Under the pieces are notes generated by a model. The model was not told where the DNA came from. It ran no database searches and worked only from the letters and a program-made list of their open reading frames with translations. 64,000 nucleotides of DNA. Origin: an uncultured bacterium. Lineage in GTDB: Bacteria; Babelota; Babeliae; Babelales; Babelaceae. The stretch lies in the NCBI GenBank assembly GCA_963819815.1, contig CAWFXL010000001.1, positions 768,001 through 832,000 of the forward strand, read 5' to 3'. Below are positions 19,010 through 29,656 of this stretch, in pieces. The translations under genes and the position numbers were made by a program. The stretch's first letter is position 1. Each line of letters begins with the position of its first letter.

Positions 19010-20235
19010 ATTCCTGAGGTGAAATACCTCAAGAAGTTCATCCACTGATGCTCGTGTGCAAATGATCCTGTATACGAACTATCAATGTGCGAAAGCGGAA
19101 AATACCATGAGCATCCTTGCAGAGTCTTACACAAAGGCCCTGCAACTGAAGCATCTACCATAAGGCTTAGGACTTCCCGAGCATGCAAAAGTTCACTAAT
19201 AAGTAATTCGGTATCGGGAGTAAGCTGATGCTCCATAAGTTCAGCATATAATGCTTCAATAGATTCTCTCACATCAACATAAAACTGCAATGCTGTCACC
19301 GGATGAAGTGATAGGCGAGCATGACATAAGATCTCCATAAGATGATCTATCTGTAAGATGGTATTGACGAGCTTATCAACAACCTCTGCGAAATAAGTCG
19401 TTAAGGTAAGATCAAGCAATGAAAGACTGAACCGCTCATGACCTCTCAGTATTTGAATCCGTTCGTAGCTATAGACAAGACGCTTGCCAGCCCTTAAAGC
19501 AGAATCCTCTCCCAAGGATTCTATGACTTTTTTGTAGTCCCACCCATCTTTCTCTTCGCAATCTTGTGATGCAACCAGATAGTGCACTGTGTCTTGTATC
19601 TGATAGGCAACTTCAAGCATCGCCATATAGCATGAATCAAATCCCAGGATATCAAGTTTTCTTTGAAGCACAGAGGTCGCATAAGTCGTCAATTCATGAA
19701 GATCATGAATTGACAGAAATGAGCCTCCTCCTGCAACGAGCATCGATTTGCTGTTCATAATATGCTCTATTTGCCGGTAGAACTCCTTAATACGCACATC
19801 GCAGTAGCGCTTACAGGGAGATCGGCCTTCGTCAGGCTCGTAGAGCCATTTCTGTTGAGCACTATCAAAGGTCGGAGCAAGAATTCCCGTGCCATGGCCT
19901 GAGATAATGAGTAAGGTGCTCCCTTCAGTTGCTGAACTAAATGCTTCCCTAACACCCTCTTTTAAAAACTCCAGGCGCTTGGAAGGCACTTCAACTATAG
20001 TATGGCTCGAAGTCCCTCGTTCAATGATAATTCGCTCTGCTGAACTACCGACTTGTATATCAACATGCACAGCAATGCGACCATCAAGGTCATCCTTAAG
20101 CGCATCCTGCAGCTGACGTACAGATGTACATGCCTCTACATAGGAATCAGAGGCCTCCATATACAGGTATACCGTCCATTGACGAGCTTCGGCAGAGCCT
20201 CCCGCTAGCACTAAGAACAAAAGTAAGCCTTTCAT
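19003..20235 (-). CDS. Clostripain-family (C11) cysteine peptidase, secreted
   Basis: WTVYLYM, SGHGTG (His), DILGFDSCYMAMLEVAYQ (Cys), LVASQ..E..DGWDY; signal peptide from ATG 20235. Confidence 0.88.
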   Translation of the reverse strand: MKGLLLFLVLAGGSAEARQWTVYLYMEASDSYVEACTSVRQLQDALKDDLDGRIAVHVDIQVGSSAERIIIERGTSSHTIVEVPSKRLEFLKEGVREAFSSATEGSTLLIISGHGTGILAPTFDSAQQKWLYEPDEGRSPCKRYCDVRIKEFYRQIEHIMNSKSMLVAGGGSFLSIHDLHELTTYATSVLQRKLDILGFDSCYMAMLEVAYQIQDTVHYLVASQDCEEKDGWDYKKVIESLGEDSALRAGKRLVYSYERIQILRGHERFSLSLLDLTLTTYFAEVVDKLVNTILQIDHLMEILCHARLSLHPVTALQFYVDVRESIEALYAELMEHQLTPDTELLISELLHAREVLSLMVDASVAGPLCKTLQGCSWYFPLSHIDSSYTGSFAHEHQWMNFLRYFTSGIH

Positions 20236-20335
20236 TGCTAAGTGGAGCCTCACTAAGCCAAGCCTTAATGAAGCAATTCTTTTTTTAAGGAATATGCTAT
20301 GATTTTGTATAACACAAGCAACATAACAGGCGTCC

Positions 20336-21247
20336 ATGATTCTCATTCTTCTACTCTATACTCTGCTTGGCTTCAGCTTTACGCTGGGCAAAATTACTCT
20401 GTTCTATGCAAGTCCTTTTTATGTGGTAGGCAGCCGCATGATGATAGGCGGCATTGGCCTTGCACTCTACTATTACTTTTTTCAGTCTACAACATACCGT
20501 CTCCAAATGAAAGATTGGCCAGCATTTATGCAAGTAACTCTTTTTGGTATCGTAGTACCCTATTGTCTTCGTGCCTGGGGCTTAAACTACCTATCATCGA
20601 CAAAAGCTGCGTTTATATTCACACTCATGCCCTTCTTTACGGCCCTATTTTCCTATATGTTTCATAAAGAACGTCTTTCATATCAGAAAAGTATAGGACT
20701 CATGCTCGGCTTTTTGGGCATGATGCCAACCCTCTTTACAGGAAGTTCCTTTGAGACGCTTGCAGGCTCATTTGGGCTCTTCTCATGGCCCGAGATTGCT
20801 ATGCTCGGTGCAGTTGCCTCATTTGGCTATAACCTCATCGCGCTCAAACATCTAGTAAAAACACGACAATGCCCCGCTTCACTCGCCAATGGCCTTACGA
20901 TGCTTTTTGGGGGATTCATAGCATTGAATCTTTCTTTCATCGTTGAGCCGGTCTGGATCTTCAAAGATCCACTTACCTTCGCAGGTTTTTTAGCACTGCA
21001 AATCGTCATTAGTAATCTGATCTGCTCAAACCTACAGGCGGCACTCCTTAAAACCTATAGCTCAACCTTCATGGCATTTGCAGGATTTTTGACACCACTC
21101 TGCGCATCAGCCTTTGGCTGGTTTTTCCTCAATGAAGAAATAAAGGTACAATACCTTGTCTCGCTTCTCATGGTGATGATCGGATTAGCTATGTTCTATT
21201 TTGATGAGATAACGAGCCACAAAAAGAAAGGCCTCAGCTTCGAGTGA
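20336..21247 (+). CDS. DMT/EamA family transporter
   Basis: 10 TM segments in two repeats; PFFTALFSY..HKERL, FGWFFLNE. Confidence 0.92.
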   Translation: MILILLLYTLLGFSFTLGKITLFYASPFYVVGSRMMIGGIGLALYYYFFQSTTYRLQMKDWPAFMQVTLFGIVVPYCLRAWGLNYLSSTKAAFIFTLMPFFTALFSYMFHKERLSYQKSIGLMLGFLGMMPTLFTGSSFETLAGSFGLFSWPEIAMLGAVASFGYNLIALKHLVKTRQCPASLANGLTMLFGGFIALNLSFIVEPVWIFKDPLTFAGFLALQIVISNLICSNLQAALLKTYSSTFMAFAGFLTPLCASAFGWFFLNEEIKVQYLVSLLMVMIGLAMFYFDEITSHKKKGLSFE

Positions 21248-21277
21248 ATTCACCGCGTCCTAAAAGACTCGGCTTTC

Positions 21278-23122
21278 TTAGCTTCGCGTAATCTCTTCCC
21301 ATTCTTGGGTCAAGGTAGCAAGCTTCCGCTGTGATTGCTTAAGAGTCATGACTGCCGTATCATATTCCTTCGAACCAAAGGTCAACCCAGTAAATGCATT
21401 CTCCAAGGAAGCTATCTGCTTTTCTTGGCGGAGAATCGATTGCTCAAGGTTCATCAGCCTCTTTGTTTGGCTATGATCTTTTGCTATCTTCTCAGACGAA
21501 GGTTTTTTTGAAGCATGCTCAATGGGAGGATTTTCCTGTAACCGCTTCTCCTCAAGATAGGATTCATACGTGCCAAGATGATCGATGATGCCATCGGGAG
21601 TAAGCACCCAGATACGTGTCGCTAAATTTTGCAAAAATGAATGGTCATGAGATACAAAAAGCATCGTCCCATTATATTGCTGCAATGCCTGCAAGAGTAC
21701 CTCTTTGGCAAAGAGATCAAGATGGTTCGTCGGTTCATCAAGGAGTAAGAAGTTCGCTTTTTTAAGCAGCACTTTCACCATGGCAACACGATTACGCTCA
21801 CCACCACTTAACACACTTATCTTTTTCTTCACCGAATCGTTACTGAATAAGAATGACCCTAAGAAAGAACGAACGATCGAATCTGGTATCTCAACTGAAT
21901 CCAATACTTCCTCAAAGACAGTCTTTTCAGGATCGAGGGCCTTTAACTGATCTTGCTCAAATATCGCCGTCGTAACATTATGTCCAAAGGTAACGTCACC
22001 GCCCTGCAGAGGATAGGATCCGGTAAGAATATTAAAGAGCGTTGTTTTACCCGTTCCATTAGGAGCGATGAGGGCAACCTTCTCTCCACGCTTAATCGTA
22101 CCAAAGGCATTTTTAAATAGGAGTCTCTCATCAAAGGAGTACTGAACTTTTTGAATCGTCAGAGCTACATCCCCAGAACGCACCGCGGGGGGGAACCGTA
22201 ATGAGATGGTCGGCTCAAGAGGCTCGAGTTCGATCACTTCTATTTTATTAAGCTGCTTTTCCATCGATTGAGCCATACGGGCCTTTGATGCCTTGGCCCG
22301 GAATCTTTCGATGGTCGCTTTTTTTTGTGCTATCTCTTTTTGCTGTCTGGCATGAGACTTTTCAAGATTCTCTCTTCGTTCTTTCTCGGCAGCTACGTAC
22401 TGAGTATAGTTTCCCACAAAGTAGGTGGCCGTTCCTTTTTCTAAGGCAAGAATTCCATCACACGCCTTATCAAGATAATGGCGATCATGAGAAACGAGTA
22501 AATAGCCAAAGGAACCCTGTTTTAAAAAGTCGAAGAACCATTCCTTTGCCGGCAAATCAAGATGGTTAGTCGGTTCGTCAAAGAGATAAAAATCGGCATC
22601 TTCTAATAGAAGCTTTGCAAGGACAAGTCGCATCTTCCATCCGACACTGAGCTCAGCAACAGGTTGCTCAAATCCCTTTGGAGTAAATCCAAGCCCTTTG
22701 AGAATCTTTTCTGCAGATTCCTTAGCACGAGCTACATCTAGTGTAGAATACTGCTCGAGCAATTCAGCATACCGGCTCACCAAGGCTTCATCGGCAGAAG
22801 TCTCCATCTGTTTTTCCAGAGCTACTTTTTCGTATATAAGTGCTTGATATGCTTTTGAAGCAGTTAATATCTCCTCAAAGACCGATTTATCGGACATCAT
22901 TACCACTTCTTGAGGCATATACCCTACTTTGGCATACTTATCGATGGTCACCGACCCCTCATCAAGCTTAATCAGGCCCGAAATGACCTTTAAAAGAGTC
23001 GATTTTCCTGAACCATTCCGCCCCAAGAGTCCAATTCGTTGGCCGTCACCACAAGTAAAAGTCAGTTCATCGAAAATTGTCTGCCCAGCATAGGAAAGAT
23101 GGGCGTTAGTAATGTAAATCAT
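21278..23122 (-). CDS. ABC-F family ATP-binding protein
   Basis: Two ABC domains (GRNGSGKST; APNGTGKTT; LSGGE; DEPTNHLD twice), no TM segments, C-terminal coiled coil. Confidence 0.95.
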   Translation of the reverse strand: MIYITNAHLSYAGQTIFDELTFTCGDGQRIGLLGRNGSGKSTLLKVISGLIKLDEGSVTIDKYAKVGYMPQEVVMMSDKSVFEEILTASKAYQALIYEKVALEKQMETSADEALVSRYAELLEQYSTLDVARAKESAEKILKGLGFTPKGFEQPVAELSVGWKMRLVLAKLLLEDADFYLFDEPTNHLDLPAKEWFFDFLKQGSFGYLLVSHDRHYLDKACDGILALEKGTATYFVGNYTQYVAAEKERRENLEKSHARQQKEIAQKKATIERFRAKASKARMAQSMEKQLNKIEVIELEPLEPTISLRFPPAVRSGDVALTIQKVQYSFDERLLFKNAFGTIKRGEKVALIAPNGTGKTTLFNILTGSYPLQGGDVTFGHNVTTAIFEQDQLKALDPEKTVFEEVLDSVEIPDSIVRSFLGSFLFSNDSVKKKISVLSGGERNRVAMVKVLLKKANFLLLDEPTNHLDLFAKEVLLQALQQYNGTMLFVSHDHSFLQNLATRIWVLTPDGIIDHLGTYESYLEEKRLQENPPIEHASKKPSSEKIAKDHSQTKRLMNLEQSILRQEKQIASLENAFTGLTFGSKEYDTAVMTLKQSQRKLATLTQEWEEITRS

Positions 23123-23549
23123 AAGGAATGCTCATCTAATAGCTTTTTATATACGTACCTACTTCAAACGTTTGATTTATTCTCATGCCTAGTATATCAC
23201 ACTACTCGCTTTGCGGCAATCATGGCTATCTCAAGAGTTATTCTCGCTTTTCAATGTCTCTGATTCTGTAACGTCTTACTCGAGCTGGCTCACGAAGCAT
23301 AGAGATCATAAACACCAGCAAATCTTCATTAGAGGTATACCCAAAATACTCGACAAACTATCACCACAGGAGACACTCTTTAGCTGTACATTATTTCAGC
23401 TCCTGTAAAGGCTCCAACTAAGCATATTTGCCCAGTTCAGATTTTCATACAAGCGCCACAAAGACCTAATGACGGATAAAACTCGGAATCTATATCATCA
23501 ACATCACCTTACCAATGAAGCGTTTTAAACAATGACATTAAGAGTAGTT

Positions 23550-23662
23550 AAAAATCACGGGGGTGTTTTTGCAAAAAACTAGAAAAACACCCCCGTGATT
23601 TTTGAAAAACATGAGAAATCACGGGGGTGTTTTTTGACTCTGCTCAAAAAAGAAGCTACACT
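23550..23662 (+). promoter_or_regulatory. Three alternating-orientation 20-21 bp boxes plus sigma70 promoter of the AAA gene
   Basis: AAAAATCACGGGGGTGTTTTT at 23550, exact reverse complement at 23583, direct copy at 23616; TTGACT-N17-TACACT at 23634-23662. Confidence 0.8.
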
Positions 23663-23684
23663 AAGACTCGTAAAGGAATGTTAT

Positions 23685-25049
23685 ATGGAAAGAACTGCAC
23701 TTACATTTTTACGTCGTTGGCTTCATGAGAAAGGGCGGCTACCCTTGATTATTAGAGGGGCCCGGCAAGTAGGAAAAACTTGGGTGGTAAGGCGCCTGGC
23801 TGAGCTTGAGAACCGTGATCTCATCGAACTCAACCTCGAGTTTGAACCAGAATTGGAATCACTTTTTGTAAATAATGATCCTAAAGCCGTTTTGCTAAGC
23901 ATTGAAGATATACTCAATAGAAAAGTTGATCCCTCCAAAGCTCTCCTTTTTATAGATGAAATTCAAGCAAAGCCGCATGTTATTGCGAAGTTACGCTGGT
24001 TTGCCGAGATGATGCCAGAATTGCCTGTTATATCTGCGGGATCTCTTTTGGAATTTGCTCTAGGTACCTACGTTATGAGCATGCCAGTGGGCCGAATCGA
24101 ATACCTATATTTAGAGCCGCTATCATTTGAAGAGTTCTTAATGGCCAATCAGAAAGATGGTTTCGTAAGATTAATCAAGAATTTTCAATGGGGAGATGAG
24201 CTCCCTTTCATTGCACATCAACAGCTTACAAGCCTCTTTCATGAATATATCATAGTTGGGGGGATGCCTGCCGCAATAGAAAAATGGATAGAAACACGAT
24301 CTCTTGAAGAAGTTGGACGTGTTCATCGAAGGATAGTCTCCACGTATAGAGAAGATTTTACCAAATATGGAACAAAAGTTTCTCCTGAGCTTATGAATAA
24401 AATGATACATTTTATTCCTCGGTCTCTTGGGGAAAAATTTGTGTATAGCCACGTTGATAAAGCAGCACCTCTCTATGCTGTGCAACGGGCTCTTACTGCA
24501 TTGCAAAAAGCTCGCATATGCCATATAGTGCACAGCACTGCTGCTAATGGAGTTCCTCTTGCAGCAGAGATTAATGAAAAATTTTTGAAAGCTATCTTTG
24601 TCGATGTAGGACTTTGTTCTGCATCACTCGAACTTTCACTGACGCAAATCGAGTCTACCGAGGATCTTACCCTCGTTAATAAAGGTGCCATAGCAGAGCA
24701 GGTTACTGGACAGCTCCTAAGAACAGTATTTCCGCTAACTCAAGATCCTCAGCTATATTATTGGGTGAGGCTGCATCAAGAAAAAGGTGCTTCAGCCGAA
24801 ATTGATTACGTCATTGCTCAAGGAACTTTGCCGGTTCCTATCGAGGTTAAGTCTGGCGCTACGGGGTCGCTCAAATCGCTACATGTTTTCATGGAACTCA
24901 AGAAGCTTTCAAAAGCAGTGCGCGTCTGTTCTAGAATTCCGAACATCTCACAGATAGAGTTTAAAAGCACAGCAAGTACGACAGTTCGTTATGAACTCAG
25001 GTCTATCCCATTTTATCTGCTCGGTGAAATTCATCGTTTGCTCACCTAG
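23685..25049 (+). CDS. AAA+ ATPase with DUF4143/PD-(D/E)xK-like C-terminus
   Basis: GARQVGKT, LFIDEIQ, VGGMP, EIDYVI...PIEVKSG. Confidence 0.9.
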   Translation: MERTALTFLRRWLHEKGRLPLIIRGARQVGKTWVVRRLAELENRDLIELNLEFEPELESLFVNNDPKAVLLSIEDILNRKVDPSKALLFIDEIQAKPHVIAKLRWFAEMMPELPVISAGSLLEFALGTYVMSMPVGRIEYLYLEPLSFEEFLMANQKDGFVRLIKNFQWGDELPFIAHQQLTSLFHEYIIVGGMPAAIEKWIETRSLEEVGRVHRRIVSTYREDFTKYGTKVSPELMNKMIHFIPRSLGEKFVYSHVDKAAPLYAVQRALTALQKARICHIVHSTAANGVPLAAEINEKFLKAIFVDVGLCSASLELSLTQIESTEDLTLVNKGAIAEQVTGQLLRTVFPLTQDPQLYYWVRLHQEKGASAEIDYVIAQGTLPVPIEVKSGATGSLKSLHVFMELKKLSKAVRVCSRIPNISQIEFKSTASTTVRYELRSIPFYLLGEIHRLLT

Positions 25050-25425
25050 TAAAGAAAGCTTCAGCAGTATGATTCAAATAAGTTGTTTCAGCACTCGGAA
25101 GAATCCTCGAATCCTCCAGCATGGGCTATTCCCCTGAAAAATAGAAAACTCCCCCATTATAACATTTTCCTTGATCATTCTCCTCCTACAGACCTAGGAA
25201 AAGCCTTATTCCAGCAGGCTATAAAAACGTAGAATTTATAAACACATCTGGGGTATACCTACAAAATACTCCCTAAAAAAATTCGGCAACCCATTACCTA
25301 AGGTGATACCTCTGAGATGAATGTCATTCCAGCACCAGTATAGGCTCCAACTAAGCACATTTGCCATGTCTTGATAAATATGACATCCTCTGTACGTTTT
25401 CATAAATTAATAAGGACGATACTTC

Positions 25426-28400
25426 ATGATAAGACCTTCTTATGTTGTCATACTAGTAGGATTGCTTGCCATCCCTCATCTTACTTTGCCTTCGTGCGCA
25501 GCAGTTCTTAAAAAAGAGGCTGCTCTTGTCGCTCCCCAAAAGCGCGAGTACGCCCTGCTTACACCTGAGCAACTTCAGAACATGATACATATCCATCACG
25601 AACTTCTCACAGTAGAAGACTCTTTGACTAAAAATTCTGAAACCTGGTATACGATTGCTAATGAATACCGACACCGCTTTGACCATCAAGAAGCGATCTC
25701 TTTTTCTACCCAAATCTTTGAGCTACTTACAGAGCGAAGCTCTTCTCTCGCTATCAAAACGCATAGTGCTCGATGCCTTGCAAAAATTATGCAAAGAAAC
25801 GGCCAGTTACCAGAAGCTCACGACTGGGCTATGAAGGCTGAAGCGTGGGGTCGTACTACTTCAGCGTATGGCGAAACACTCTATTTCTTGGGCTACCACT
25901 ATTACTACACACTAAAAAATCCTAATCAAGGAATAGCATGGTATCTCAAAGCACGACAATGGTCCTCCAATGGTAAGGATATGAAAATCTTTATTCAATC
26001 TCTTATCAGCCTTGGTAACGCATACTATAAAGATGAAGCGCATCAGACAGATGCACAGTGGTTTGTAGAAGCTCTCGAAGCGTTAACCATCTATAGGGAT
26101 ACAGAGCTCATAGCAAAAGCATATATCGGCCTTGGTAACGCCAGATACACCGATAAAAAGCATAAAAACCACGCTCAGTGGTACCTTAATGCCCTTGACG
26201 AACTTGGCCAAGACGGTGACATAACACTACGAGCAGCAGCTCTTATCGGTCTTGGCAATGCTCGCTATACTGATAAAAAAAAAGGACGAGAATATTGGTT
26301 TAAGCAAGCCCTTCAAGTACTCGGTCCCCGCGGCGACAAAAATCTAAGGGCTCAGGCACTCATGGGACTTGGTAACATCAAACATACTGATGAAACACAT
26401 AGAAGCCACACATGGTATCTCGAGGCACGTGAGCTACTTGGCGAAAATGGTGACAAAGACTTACGAGCACGAGCCTGCATTGGCCTTGGTAACGCCAAAT
26501 ATACTGATAATACTGATAGTAAGCTTAGCACCGATGCCCAATGGTATCTGAACGCGCTCAATTTGCTAGGCAAAGATGGCACTAGTAACCTACAGGTCCA
26601 AGCTTTCATCGGCCTTGGCAATGTCAGACATACTGATGATACTCATCCCAAAAGTCATGCCTGGTATCTCGAGGCCCTTGCACTACTAGGTAAAAATGGT
26701 GATAAAGAACTACGAGCACGAGCCTGCATCGGCCTTGGTAATGCCAAAGAACCCCATGCTACTGGCCAAAGCTACGTTCAGTGGTATGTAGATGCGCTCG
26801 GCTTATTGGACAAAGAGGAGGACAGAGATCTCAAAGCGCAAACTCTTATGAGACTTGGCCATGCCAGACATACTGACGCTCAACACCCTAAACAAGCCGA
26901 TTGGTACGTAGATGCTCGTAATACACTTAGTAAAGAAGGCACCAGAGATTTACGAGCTGAGGTTTGTATTTGCCTAGGCAATACGCGATATGTTGATGAT
27001 GAGATTTGGTCAAGTGAGCAGTGGTTTCTAGAAGCTCTCACAATTCTTGGCGACGACGGGGATAGAAGTCTTTATGCGCAAGCTCTCATTGGACTTGGAA
27101 ACGCTCAATACACCAACAAAAAACGTGACCAATCCTCATGGTTTAGAGAAGCACTCCAGATACTTGGTAAGAATGGGGTCACTACCCTTCGGGCCCAGGC
27201 TCTGATTGGCCTGGGGAATACTAGATATGTTGATAAGGAACATCCAACACAAGCCATATGGTACCAAGAAGCACTTATGGTACTTGAAGCAGAATCGCAC
27301 GGTGCCCTATATGCTCAAGCTCTTATCGGTCTTGGTAACTATTATTGTGGACAAAGAGTTAACGCCAAAGGAATAACCTATTTTCAGCAAGCTTTAACGT
27401 GTGCCCCTGCAGAAATGCATCCTTCCATTCAGCAAAAGATAGACCATTCGCAGGAAATAATAAGTACAGGCTCAGTTTGCACAAGCATTGATGCAGACCT
27501 AGAGACCCTTCTCATTCTCAAGGAAGATAGGGATGTGACCGTCCGAGCACAAGCTCTTATTAGACTTGCTAATTGGGGATATACTGACAGGGCTCATCCT
27601 AAAGAAGTTGATTGGTACCTCGATGCACTAGAGGTGCTCGGCACAAGCGGCAGTAACGATCTTCGAGCACGAGCGCTTATTGGGCTTGGCAATAAAAAAT
27701 ATAGCACTAAGACACGTGATAAGAATTACTGGTTTGTGCAAGCGCTAAATCTCCTCGAAAATGATGGTGATCCAGTACTCCAGGCAAAGGCTCTTATTGG
27801 CCTTGGCAATGGCAAATATTTCCATAGTGGAGGACGAGCTCACTGGTATCTGAAAGCACTCTCCCTACTCGGTGAAAATGCCCCCTCTGAAATCTCTGCT
27901 CAAGCACTTATTGGACTTGGCAATGCCCGATATACCGACAATACACATACGAGCAATACTCAATGGTATGTTGAAGCACTCTCCATACTTGGCAAGGATC
28001 GCGAAAAGAACTTACAAGCCAGAGCTCTTATCGGTCTTGGTAACGCTCGGCATGTTGATGAAACACATGCGAATCATGCCCTGTGGTTCCTCGATGCATT
28101 GAGAGTTCTTGGCGAAGATGGCGATAGAGATGTTCAAGCAAAAGCTTTCATTGGCCTTGGCAATGCTCAATATGTCGAGAAGGACAAAGAGCGAAGTACA
28201 TGGTATCTAAAGGCACTCGATGTGTTGGGTAATGACGGCAATCAAGATCTTCAGGCTCAAGCTCTTATCGGTCTTGGCAACTCTCGGTATGTGGACGAAA
28301 CCCATCCAGATCATGCTCAGTGGTACCATGATGCCCTCACGAAGCTCGGTGATGCAGGTGATAAAACTGTACGTGCTAACGCGCTGGTCGGACTTGGAAA

Positions 28401-29637
28401 TCACCACTGCTGGACAAGTGATAACGCACATGGCGTATCCTTTTATCAGCAGGCTTTAGTCTATGCATCAGAGGAAATGAAAGACAACATTCAACAAAAG
28501 ATAGACCAGGCTCAGACCTATGTTGAGCGTGAAAAATCCCGTATTATACGTCTTGATAAGCTCAAGAAACTCGTTAATAATGGCGACACAGCTCTACGAG
28601 CTCAAGCGCTGATTGAACTTGGTAAGCTAATCCATACGGACGAAACCCACCAAACTCCAGCTGCTTGGTTCCTCGATGCACTGAACGCCCTGGGTGATAC
28701 TGGCAATAGAGGACTTCGAGCTCAAGCGTGTATAGAACTTGGCAATACCAACTTTACTGATTCTCGACATACCCAAGTTCAGTGGTATCTCCATGCTCTC
28801 ACCATGCTCGATAGAGATCACGATCACGACCTCTATGCTGAAGCCCTTATAGGTCTTGGGGCTACAGACTACGTCGATGATACTCACAAAACTCAGGCTG
28901 ACTGGTTCTTAGATGCGCTCAGAATCCTAGGTAACGACGGTACTATAAGTCTCCGAGTAAAAGCTTACCTTGCTCTTGGCAATGGTCAGTATAGAGGTAT
29001 ACATAATGAATATGCTAATAGCTCTCATTGGTATCTAGAAGCACTCAGAATACTTGGCGATAAAGGTGATAACGTATTACGAGCTACCGCATGCATGGGT
29101 CTTGGTCGGGTGAGGTATTTAGATGCAACTCATACCCACAGCGGTCAATGGTACCTAGCTGCGCTTGCCATTCTTACTAACGGTGATGATACAAACCTAG
29201 AAGCTCAAGCTCTTCTTAACCTTGGTGACCTCAGATACCGGTGTAACCACCACCCTCCGACCTATTGGTACGAAAAAGCACTTACCGTTCTCGACAGAGG
29301 TGGCAGTAGAACTATACGAGCCCAAGTCCTTATAGGCCTCGGAGACTACTACTGTACTTGCGTGCCAAACGATATTCCGTTAGGAATAAAGAAATATCAG
29401 GAGGCTTTAGCGCATGCTCCAGAAGACCTGCAGGTCCTTATTAGAGAAAAAATAAACGCAAGGCAACCGTCTAGTCGACAAAAGAATGGGGGGGTTTTAG
29501 CTCAGGCTCCAGAGCACCTGCAATTCCTTACGAGAACAAAAAGGGAAACTCAGCAAGCAACTATTCGACAAGTAAGCCTTTTGCAGCGTGTCCAGCAGAT
29601 AAAAGACAAAATCGGCCAACCTGTCAGCTCTAAATAA
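25426..29637 (+). CDS. Giant secreted TPR-like repeat protein (about 27 x 38-43 aa LGN-type repeats)
   Basis: Signal peptide; consensus AQALIGLGNARYTDxxH...WYLxALxxLGxxGDxxLR. Confidence 0.85.
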   Translation: MIRPSYVVILVGLLAIPHLTLPSCAAVLKKEAALVAPQKREYALLTPEQLQNMIHIHHELLTVEDSLTKNSETWYTIANEYRHRFDHQEAISFSTQIFELLTERSSSLAIKTHSARCLAKIMQRNGQLPEAHDWAMKAEAWGRTTSAYGETLYFLGYHYYYTLKNPNQGIAWYLKARQWSSNGKDMKIFIQSLISLGNAYYKDEAHQTDAQWFVEALEALTIYRDTELIAKAYIGLGNARYTDKKHKNHAQWYLNALDELGQDGDITLRAAALIGLGNARYTDKKKGREYWFKQALQVLGPRGDKNLRAQALMGLGNIKHTDETHRSHTWYLEARELLGENGDKDLRARACIGLGNAKYTDNTDSKLSTDAQWYLNALNLLGKDGTSNLQVQAFIGLGNVRHTDDTHPKSHAWYLEALALLGKNGDKELRARACIGLGNAKEPHATGQSYVQWYVDALGLLDKEEDRDLKAQTLMRLGHARHTDAQHPKQADWYVDARNTLSKEGTRDLRAEVCICLGNTRYVDDEIWSSEQWFLEALTILGDDGDRSLYAQALIGLGNAQYTNKKRDQSSWFREALQILGKNGVTTLRAQALIGLGNTRYVDKEHPTQAIWYQEALMVLEAESHGALYAQALIGLGNYYCGQRVNAKGITYFQQALTCAPAEMHPSIQQKIDHSQEIISTGSVCTSIDADLETLLILKEDRDVTVRAQALIRLANWGYTDRAHPKEVDWYLDALEVLGTSGSNDLRARALIGLGNKKYSTKTRDKNYWFVQALNLLENDGDPVLQAKALIGLGNGKYFHSGGRAHWYLKALSLLGENAPSEISAQALIGLGNARYTDNTHTSNTQWYVEALSILGKDREKNLQARALIGLGNARHVDETHANHALWFLDALRVLGEDGDRDVQAKAFIGLGNAQYVEKDKERSTWYLKALDVLGNDGNQDLQAQALIGLGNSRYVDETHPDHAQWYHDALTKLGDAGDKTVRANALVGLGNHHCWTSDNAHGVSFYQQALVYASEEMKDNIQQKIDQAQTYVEREKSRIIRLDKLKKLVNNGDTALRAQALIELGKLIHTDETHQTPAAWFLDALNALGDTGNRGLRAQACIELGNTNFTDSRHTQVQWYLHALTMLDRDHDHDLYAEALIGLGATDYVDDTHKTQADWFLDALRILGNDGTISLRVKAYLALGNGQYRGIHNEYANSSHWYLEALRILGDKGDNVLRATACMGLGRVRYLDATHTHSGQWYLAALAILTNGDDTNLEAQALLNLGDLRYRCNHHPPTYWYEKALTVLDRGGSRTIRAQVLIGLGDYYCTCVPNDIPLGIKKYQEALAHAPEDLQVLIREKINARQPSSRQKNGGVLAQAPEHLQFLTRTKRETQQATIRQVSLLQRVQQIKDKIGQPVSSK

Positions 29638-29656
29638 GTTGATGTAGGACGACCAA

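Noticed and set aside
23550..23636. CRISPR-like repeat array
   Set aside because: Only three copies, alternating orientation, ~12-nt gaps, no cas genes
25426..29637. TALE/PPR-like nucleic-acid code protein
   Set aside because: Repeat length varies (38-43 aa) and the consensus is TPR-like; nothing in the sequence supports DNA/RNA recognition
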